A DNA stretch of 64,000 nt from the sequence record LR756502.1; one strand, 5' to 3'. Shown here one piece after another: positions 57,765 through 64,000 of the stretch. The translations under genes were made by a program, and so were the position numbers. The notes under the pieces were generated by a model. The model worked only from the letters and a program-made list of their open reading frames with translations, was not told the DNA's origin and made no database searches. Numbering within the stretch: the first letter of the stretch is position 1; each line of letters begins with the position of its first letter.

Positions 57765-58949
57765 ATGCGAATTAGACGAAAATTTCTTCAATTAACAAGT
57801 TGGACTTATCCTTATGGAACTGAGTATACACTTGAGAGTTACCTACCAAAAGGATTTCAAAGAGATGAAAATGAGAACTATTATATTGTAGTTGGTAATA
57901 ATCCAAGTACAATGTTTACTTGTCATTTAGATACAGCTTGTTCATATCAGGAAAAAGTAACACATGTACCCAGTGGTAATTTTATTAGAACTAATGGTAA
58001 GACAATTTTAGGATCTGATGATAAGGCTGGTATGACAGTTATGTTATATATGATTGAGAAAAAGGTTCCTGGTATATACTACTTCTTTACTGGTGAGGAA
58101 GTTGGATGTATTGGATCTGGTGATTTGGCAGATCAGTGGTTTGAGTTAAAAATGTTTAATGATATAACTAAAATTGTTTCTTTTGATAGAAGGGGTACTG
58201 GTTCTGTAATTACTCACCAATTATATGGTAGATGTTGTTCAAATGAGTTCGCTGAAGAACTATCAAAGAGATTAAACGATACTGATGAGGGCATTAATAT
58301 GTCTCCGGATAATACTGGTATAATGACAGATTCTGCTAAGTTTGTTGATATGGTTCCGGAGTGTACTAACATTTCAGTTGGATATTATAAAGAACATACT
58401 GTTGATGAGTGTCAAGATATTGAATTTTTGCAGAGGTTGTGTAAGGCTGTTGTTAAAATTGACTGGGAAACACTTCCGGTTAAGAGAGATCCGACCGAAG
58501 AAGAAGAGGAAAGTTATATAGATACTTATGCAAATTGGAGTAATGGAAAATATAAGTACTCAATAGATGAAGATGGATATGAGTTCTTGGAGGAAAACTA
58601 TACATATGTTCAGTATTCTACACCAACTGGTAAGGATGTAAAGAAAATGCTTATTTCAAAGGATAGAGTTTCTGAGGAAAAGAAATATATATACAACTGG
58701 GTATTCTCAACCGGGTTATATAGTGATATGACTGGTATGGATTGGAATGGTCATTCATTGTATATTGCAAATGCGAAAGGAAATCTTGAATTTGTTGGTA
58801 ATAGAGTTGAGCTTATGGATTATGTCCCTGAGTTAAAGACTGTTCCAACAAGATGTCTTTCTGATAAACCTAGGAAGCACGTTAAGGATATAGACACTGA
58901 AGTTACTGACATGAGTGATGATAGGTTTATGGAAGAGTATATGTATTAA
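57765..58949 (+). CDS. Second M20/M28-family metallopeptidase
   Basis: CHLDTA, LGSDDKAG, GEEVGCIGS, SFDRRG, TNISVGYYKEHT. Confidence 0.82.
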   Translation: MRIRRKFLQLTSWTYPYGTEYTLESYLPKGFQRDENENYYIVVGNNPSTMFTCHLDTACSYQEKVTHVPSGNFIRTNGKTILGSDDKAGMTVMLYMIEKKVPGIYYFFTGEEVGCIGSGDLADQWFELKMFNDITKIVSFDRRGTGSVITHQLYGRCCSNEFAEELSKRLNDTDEGINMSPDNTGIMTDSAKFVDMVPECTNISVGYYKEHTVDECQDIEFLQRLCKAVVKIDWETLPVKRDPTEEEEESYIDTYANWSNGKYKYSIDEDGYEFLEENYTYVQYSTPTGKDVKKMLISKDRVSEEKKYIYNWVFSTGLYSDMTGMDWNGHSLYIANAKGNLEFVGNRVELMDYVPELKTVPTRCLSDKPRKHVKDIDTEVTDMSDDRFMEEYMY

Positions 58950-58959
58950 ACCAAAAACT

Positions 58960-59868
58960 TTAATGTAATTTAGAACCTACGAAATCTTCGTAGGTTTCTT
59001 TTTTTACAACGTGAATGCAATCATCGATGGAGAATGAAAGCGAGAATCGATCAATGTCGTCATGAATAAAAACACCATCAGACCCATCTCCAAAGGAATT
59101 ATATGTACCAATAACAACTTTAATTAAAGAAGATCTCAGTGGTTGTACATCCGCGCGATCCAGCTTTAATATCTTGAGACTCTCACTGGTCACTAATACT
59201 ACTTTATCCTCATCTTCAAGACTATTTCTCTCATCTTTAATTTCATTTAATATTTGGAAGTTAACCTTGTCACTTTTTAGTGACTTAGCAATGGACGACA
59301 TATCCATATTTGTAATTACTTGATTAGTTGTTGTCTCTATTATATTCTTACTAGTATATTCATCCTTGTAGTCTTCTATTAGATCACATGTTGTGAAGTC
59401 AGCATCACCACTTACTGTCTTATATTTATGATGTAGGTCACCGAAAACCTTATCTATTGCATTCTCGTATGTTTTTCTAACTTCTTCCTCTATCTCAGTT
59501 GATATGTATAATAACCAATCTGGTGCATCATTAGAAGCCTTTTCTAAAACCTTTTCGGGCTCAGCAAAATCATTATATGTTTCTTTTTTAACTATATGGA
59601 AAGCATGTTCTATTGTATAAACAGTATCGTTAGTCGAAGTTCCTAATACATAACAATTATCATTTTGATCAAACCATCTTTCTAATTTAAATTGATATGT
59701 ATCATATCCACCGCTGAAATATGTAGCTAAAACTTCATCACCCTCCATAAGAGAATTTCTCTCATCATCTAATTTAGTAAGCACAGAAAGGTCAACCTCA
59801 TCATTTACGCACTTGAAGTCGTGTGATTGAACATATAGTTCATTGAACTGTTTCCACTTTTTGATCAT
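58960..59868 (-). CDS. Tandem-duplicated-domain protein with capsid-targeting-like N-terminus
   Basis: MIKKWKQFNE; DERNSL and H[IV]VKKETY.DF each occur twice. Confidence 0.6.
   Translation of the reverse strand: MIKKWKQFNELYVQSHDFKCVNDEVDLSVLTKLDDERNSLMEGDEVLATYFSGGYDTYQFKLERWFDQNDNCYVLGTSTNDTVYTIEHAFHIVKKETYNDFAEPEKVLEKASNDAPDWLLYISTEIEEEVRKTYENAIDKVFGDLHHKYKTVSGDADFTTCDLIEDYKDEYTSKNIIETTTNQVITNMDMSSIAKSLKSDKVNFQILNEIKDERNSLEDEDKVVLVTSESLKILKLDRADVQPLRSSLIKVVIGTYNSFGDGSDGVFIHDDIDRFSLSFSIDDCIHVVKKETYEDFVGSKLH
58972..59005 (+). terminator. Intrinsic terminator overlapping the 3' end of the opposite-strand gene
   Basis: AACCTACGAA-ATC-TTCGTAGGTT followed by a U-run. Confidence 0.75.
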
Positions 59869-60059
59869 TATCCTAAAATAATACCTGGGCTTTTATATTC
59901 CTTTTGTGTAGCAATCTCTAACATCTGTGTAGTTGATAGATTTTTAGGATCCCATCCTTTTTGCTTAGAGTATTCTCCAATAAATTTCTCTCTTAATAGA
60001 GTTGTCTCTTCTTTTGTAATTGCTTGATTCTTTATCAAGTCTGATTTCTTTTCAATCAT
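59868..60059 (-). CDS. Small hypothetical protein
   Basis: 63-aa ORF in operon. Confidence 0.55.
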   Translation of the reverse strand: MIEKKSDLIKNQAITKEETTLLREKFIGEYSKQKGWDPKNLSTTQMLEIATQKEYKSPGIILG

Positions 60060-60074
60060 AATTATATTTTATTT

Positions 60075-60500
60075 TTAGTTTATTAGAAATATGTATATAA
60101 AGACCTCTGTTACCAACCCAGCCAACATAAATATGGTCCTATTTCTATATGTCATTATCTTTGTCATTTTAGCTGTTGATGTTGTTGACTGATCTTGCCA
60201 TCTAAGCTTGTATATATTCTCATCCAACTTGTTTCTTGTGTAGTAGTAGGCTCCATTATGAAAGAAACTAAATATTAACATAAGAGCAGCTACGCATAGT
60301 AATGAATAAAATCCTATTGTGTGAGCTAGTATCAATGCAATTGTCAGTAAAACAAGTCCTCTTTGAATAGAGAATATAGGATGTATTTCGAACTTAAACT
60401 CCCTTCTACTATTACTTTTGAAGTGCCAGTAAAACCCCTCTCTAAACCCTTCTAGTAATGAGTATAATATCCATATTATATTTGTAATAATTAATATCAT
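60075..60500 (-). CDS. Membrane protein
   Basis: About four hydrophobic segments. Confidence 0.55.
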   Translation of the reverse strand: MILIITNIIWILYSLLEGFREGFYWHFKSNSRREFKFEIHPIFSIQRGLVLLTIALILAHTIGFYSLLCVAALMLIFSFFHNGAYYYTRNKLDENIYKLRWQDQSTTSTAKMTKIMTYRNRTIFMLAGLVTEVFIYIFLIN

Positions 60501-60538
60501 TATATAAATGTTTTCTTTTATATATTAAAATTTTTTTG

Positions 60539-60546
60539 TATCTTTG
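60539..60546 (+). promoter_or_regulatory. Bacteroidota -7 element (near-leaderless transcript)
   Basis: TATCTTTG ending 4 nt before ATG 60551. Confidence 0.5.
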
Positions 60547-60550
60547 TGTT

Positions 60551-61333
60551 ATGAAAGAGAAGGAATTACTATGGAACATACTAAATTCTACTAATCCTGC
60601 AGAGGAATTGGATGGACTTGATAATGCTGGTGTTTTAGAACATCTACTTCCTGAGTTAACTAAACTAAGAGGAGTTGATATTGTTGATGGACAAGGACAC
60701 AAAGATAACTTTTTACACACTTTACAAGTAGTTAAACAAACTGCTGAGGTTTCTATAAACCCTTGGCTACGTCTTGTTGCTATTCTACACGATGCTGGTA
60801 AGGCTCCTACAAAAAGATTTGATAAAGAGAAAGGTTGGACATTTCAAAACCACGAACTTGTTAGTTCAAGAATGGTTAATGATATCTTTAAGAGATTTGA
60901 CTTAGATAGAACAAAAATAGAATATGTTTCTAAGTTAGTTGAATACCACGGTATCGCCAAAGAGTTGACCAAGAAAGGTGTTACTGACTCAGCTATTCGT
61001 AGATTCTCTACTGAGTTGGGTGATTGGGTGGATGATATGTTATTATTTTGTAGATGTGATATGACCACAAAATCTGCAGCTAATCGTCAAAGATTTCAAG
61101 CTGAACTTGATGGACTTAAATCAAGAATTGAAGAAGTTCGCAAATCAGATGAGGCTTCTAAATGGAGAGCACCTATCGATGGTAACTTCATTATGAAGGA
61201 ACTTGGTATCACACCTGGTCGTAGACTTGGTCAAATAAAATCTGAAATTGAAAGAGCTATTAAGGCTAATGAGATTGAAGATAACTTTATGAGTGCTTAC
61301 AATTACTTACTGAAAATTAAAGATAAATTCTAA
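60551..61333 (+). CDS. Stand-alone HD/tail half of CCA-adding enzyme
   Basis: LLPEL..L.GV...HKDNFLHTLQV, LHDAGK.PTKRF...GWTF.NHE, PIDGN.IM..LGI.PG..LG; no GGxVRD/DxD head domain. Confidence 0.82.
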   Translation: MKEKELLWNILNSTNPAEELDGLDNAGVLEHLLPELTKLRGVDIVDGQGHKDNFLHTLQVVKQTAEVSINPWLRLVAILHDAGKAPTKRFDKEKGWTFQNHELVSSRMVNDIFKRFDLDRTKIEYVSKLVEYHGIAKELTKKGVTDSAIRRFSTELGDWVDDMLLFCRCDMTTKSAANRQRFQAELDGLKSRIEEVRKSDEASKWRAPIDGNFIMKELGITPGRRLGQIKSEIERAIKANEIEDNFMSAYNYLLKIKDKF

Positions 61334-61527
61334 TGAATATTTTATTGGAATTAAATAATAAGATTGTAGAGTTGAAGAGTATTGGAATTAATGACTCTCA
61401 AATTAAAGAAGAGAGTCTTAGATTCCTAAAAGATATTCTAAAAGAGTCTTCCTTTCAAGATAGAAAAGACTTTTGGTTACACATTGATAGAAATAAAAAA
61501 TTAGATGAATTACTCAGTGGTAAATAA
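61333..61527 (+). CDS. Small protein with RNKKLDELL motif
   Basis: 64-aa ORF. Confidence 0.55.
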   Translation: MNILLELNNKIVELKSIGINDSQIKEESLRFLKDILKESSFQDRKDFWLHIDRNKKLDELLSGK

Positions 61528-62023
61528 CATAGTTAGTCATTTAACAAATGTCTATGGGTTTGAACTCGTTTCTCCGTCTATTCCGAGAAACGAGTTTCAG
61601 CGTTTAAAGAGATCCTTTTACTTATTCATATTAAGTAGTGTGAGTGAGAAACTATTCTATTTCCTTAGAGATAAGGTATCTCCTATAAAATTTAAACTTG
61701 AAAGACCAGATGGTGAAGTTTGGATGAGAAGAAGATTCAGTGTTGAGGCTGGATCTATGTGTGAGATTGAAATAAGACCAATTCCTCCAGAGGCTGCTAT
61801 CTATGTGATTGATGATAAGGGCATTTATACACCTGATTATCGAGATAATTTTAAGATTAATATTTGGTATCCAATTATTTATAGTGAAAAAACTGGAGAG
61901 GCTAAGTCTTTTCCAGTTAATTCAAAAAGATTTGATGAGTGTGTTGATGCTCATTTTTCTGACTTGCCTCAACTGAGAGAGTCATTAAGAGATTATAAAT
62001 TAAAAAAACTTTTCAATGAATAA
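61505..62023 (+). CDS. Hypothetical protein with RDYKLKKLF motif
   Basis: 172-aa ORF. Confidence 0.55.
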   Translation: MNYSVVNNIVSHLTNVYGFELVSPSIPRNEFQRLKRSFYLFILSSVSEKLFYFLRDKVSPIKFKLERPDGEVWMRRRFSVEAGSMCEIEIRPIPPEAAIYVIDDKGIYTPDYRDNFKINIWYPIIYSEKTGEAKSFPVNSKRFDECVDAHFSDLPQLRESLRDYKLKKLFNE

Positions 62024-62372
62024 AAAAATTCACTGTATCATAACCAAATTGATTAGTACTACTACAATAATAGTATCTATACTCTTCACCCCATTTCAAT
62101 ATTACTATTGTGGTTTGAATTTCACCTGGGTTAATTTGACCATCTTGATATTAATGTCATTTATGTTCTTTTCGTTTGGGAGGTTTCAACTTCTAAAAAC
62201 AAATAACCCACTAAGTAGATATAATCCATTCTCATTACACCCTAGATGGAAAACAAGAATGGATTATAGTATGGAAGAGAAACCTGGTCAACTATATCAA
62301 CTTGATGATCCAACAGAAGAAGAGATATTGCAGTTGAATAGAGATAAAAAAATAAATCAGTTACTAAAATAA
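62016..62372 (+). CDS. Two-TM membrane protein with RDKKINQLL motif
   Basis: Hydrophobic N-half; motif at C-terminus. Confidence 0.55.
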   Translation: MNKKIHCIITKLISTTTIIVSILFTPFQYYYCGLNFTWVNLTILILMSFMFFSFGRFQLLKTNNPLSRYNPFSLHPRWKTRMDYSMEEKPGQLYQLDDPTEEEILQLNRDKKINQLLK

Positions 62373-62716
62373 TGTCGGATAGTTTTTTTGATAGCTTTAA
62401 GTCTGATGGTGTTCCAAAATCAGTCAATAATACCAAAGTAGTGCACTTTAAGAAGGAAGACTATGATGTTTATATTGGTCGTCTACCAGGTGGTAAATAT
62501 AATAAGTGGGCTTATCCTAAGGAGTTGAGAGATTCTTTTCCAAAGGGGACACCAAGAAAACAGATAGTAGATGCTTATAGAGACTATGTTCTCTCTAAGC
62601 CCGAATTAATTAAGGATTTATGTGAGATAAAGGATAAAGTTCTTGGTTGTTGGTGTAAGCCATCAAAGTCTTGTCATGGTGATATACTTGTTGAATTGAT
62701 ATCAAAATATTGCTAA
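62372..62716 (+). CDS. DUF4326 family protein
   Basis: YDVYIGR, KWAYP, KVLGCWCKP..CHGDIL. Confidence 0.82.
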   Translation: MSDSFFDSFKSDGVPKSVNNTKVVHFKKEDYDVYIGRLPGGKYNKWAYPKELRDSFPKGTPRKQIVDAYRDYVLSKPELIKDLCEIKDKVLGCWCKPSKSCHGDILVELISKYC

Positions 62717-62720
62717 AATT

Positions 62721-62748
62721 AAACTAAAATAAACATCTATCATATAAA
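62721..62748 (+). promoter_or_regulatory. AAAC-N18-TATAAA promoter (P-loop/thyA operon)
   Basis: Exact spacing. Confidence 0.55.
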
Positions 62749-62752
62749 AAAC

Positions 62753-63298
62753 GTGTTTAATAAAAACTTTAATATAATCTTAGGTAAAAGATCAAGTGGT
62801 AAAACATACCTTCTTTGGGAAATTTCAAAGATTTTTAAATCACTTGGATATAAGATATGTTTTATCGGACTATCTAATGAATTTACTGAGGGTTATGTTG
62901 GTGATGATTTTCTAAAACATTTTGATCTTCATCGTAATCTTACAGATATTACTGGGAATAATGACATTAAGATGTTGGAGCTTGTAAAGGAGATAGTTGA
63001 GAGAGATAAGTTTGACTTTATATTTATAGATGATATGCATCTTAATGAAAGGATACATAAACTGATATCTGAAATTGAAGTTAGAAAAGTTTGCACATCA
63101 AACAGTATTAGTTCATCCAAGCAATCTCCAATTAGCTTTGATAAAGATTTTGATACCTATAGTATAAATAATTCTTATGATGATGAAACAATGAAGTCAG
63201 TGTCAATGATACAATATAATGGTTTATTGGTTGGTGAAATTAAAGAATTCCTACTCTCTTTAACAAGAGAATTAAAAATTAATAATGTATTAAAATGA
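62753..63298 (+). CDS. P-loop protein with C-terminal RELKINNVL motif
   Basis: [14 protein letters not shown]. Confidence 0.6.
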   Translation: MFNKNFNIILGKRSSGKTYLLWEISKIFKSLGYKICFIGLSNEFTEGYVGDDFLKHFDLHRNLTDITGNNDIKMLELVKEIVERDKFDFIFIDDMHLNERIHKLISEIEVRKVCTSNSISSSKQSPISFDKDFDTYSINNSYDDETMKSVSMIQYNGLLVGEIKEFLLSLTRELKINNVLK

Positions 63299-64000
63299 AT
63301 TCAGTAGATAGACAATACCTTGATTTACTAAGACACATATTAGAAAATGGTGTCATAAAAACTGATAGAACCGGCACAGGAACGATTTCTGTGTTTGACT
63401 ACACAATGAGATTCAATATGAGTGAGGGTTTTCCCTTACTAACATCAAAGAAGATGTTTACTAAAGGTGTTATACATGAATTGATTTGGTTCCTTCGAGG
63501 TGATACAAATATTAAGTATCTTGTTGATAACGATGTTCATATTTGGGATGGTGATGCCTATAAGAGTTACCTAAAAAATGTCATTACTTCCTCTAATCCA
63601 TATGATAGAAACATCATATCAATGGATGTGGTTGATGGGATAGGTTCATTTAAGATTGGTGACCCTTTCAGTAAAGAAGAATTTATTGAGAAAATAAAAA
63701 CAGATTCTAGGTTTGCTAAGACATGGGGTGAATTAGGGCCGGTTTATGGTAAGCAGTGGAGAAGATGGGAATATGTTGAGGGTTCGTCTATTAGAGATGT
63801 TTCAAGAAGAGATGGTAGAGTAATACATATAGACCAAATATCAAACCTAATTAACGACCTTAAAAACAATCCAGATTCAAGAAGATTGATGGTATCTGCT
63901 TGGAACGTTGCTGAAATAGACCAAATGACACTACCCCCTTGTCACTATGGATTCCAATGTTATACATCCGAAATAACCACCTTTGAGAGAAAGAAGATAT
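63295..64000 (+). CDS. thyA: Thymidylate synthase (3' end outside window)
   Basis: [51 protein letters not shown]. Confidence 0.95.
   Translation, partial: MNSVDRQYLDLLRHILENGVIKTDRTGTGTISVFDYTMRFNMSEGFPLLTSKKMFTKGVIHELIWFLRGDTNIKYLVDNDVHIWDGDAYKSYLKNVITSSNPYDRNIISMDVVDGIGSFKIGDPFSKEEFIEKIKTDSRFAKTWGELGPVYGKQWRRWEYVEGSSIRDVSRRDGRVIHIDQISNLINDLKNNPDSRRLMVSAWNVAEIDQMTLPPCHYGFQCYTSEITTFERKKI

Noticed and set aside
265-63120. Short antisense or out-of-frame ORFs in the track (e.g. 6772, 7096, 12706, 21261, 38007, 40597, 56708)
   Set aside because: Shadows of longer motif-bearing genes; no recognisable domains
63560-63720. Intron in thyA (a common T4-like intron site)
   Set aside because: The extra segment is short, in frame and stop-free, so a protein loop insertion
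1-64000. Genome-wide TAG recoding (code 15)
   Set aside because: Long genes are intact under code 11, and TAG ends genes at 15860, 18663, 21584, 47410, 49202, 53026, 55138 and 57696

Overview
A 64-kb, strongly AT-rich, gene-dense piece of a T4-superfamily jumbo myophage genome. It carries tail sheath, baseplate gp25/gp26/gp51, tail terminator gp15, small and large terminase, gp2/gp4, portal, a prohead protease-scaffold fusion, major capsid protein, clamp loader, late sigma gp55, Dam, ThyA, glutamine synthetase II, ClpS and a tmRNA, with structural genes scattered among accessory genes. Bacteroidota-type promoters (TTTG-N19/20-TAnnTTTG) and Bacteroidota-like ClpS and CCA-HD genes point to a Bacteroidota host. 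TAG is a normal stop in at least eight genes, so the code looks standard. Main observations: (1) an apparent amber-gated transcription attenuator, in which a leader with in-frame TAGs ending Pro-Pro-stop overlaps a terminator hairpin upstream of a PTH2-like gene that has its own in-frame TAG in the same AAT-TAG-ATT context; (2) two mutually exclusive short peptide motifs shared by many unrelated ORFs, an N-terminal T4-like capsid-targeting motif (about 19 ORFs, several of them enzymes) and an R[DE]xKIxxIL motif (about 16 ORFs); (3) two miniature capsid-protein paralogs; (4) a tmRNA with an inferred 29-aa tag and a non-canonical T-arm, within a ribosome-rescue toolkit; (5) three promoter classes. 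All calls come from motif recognition by eye; no database searches were run.
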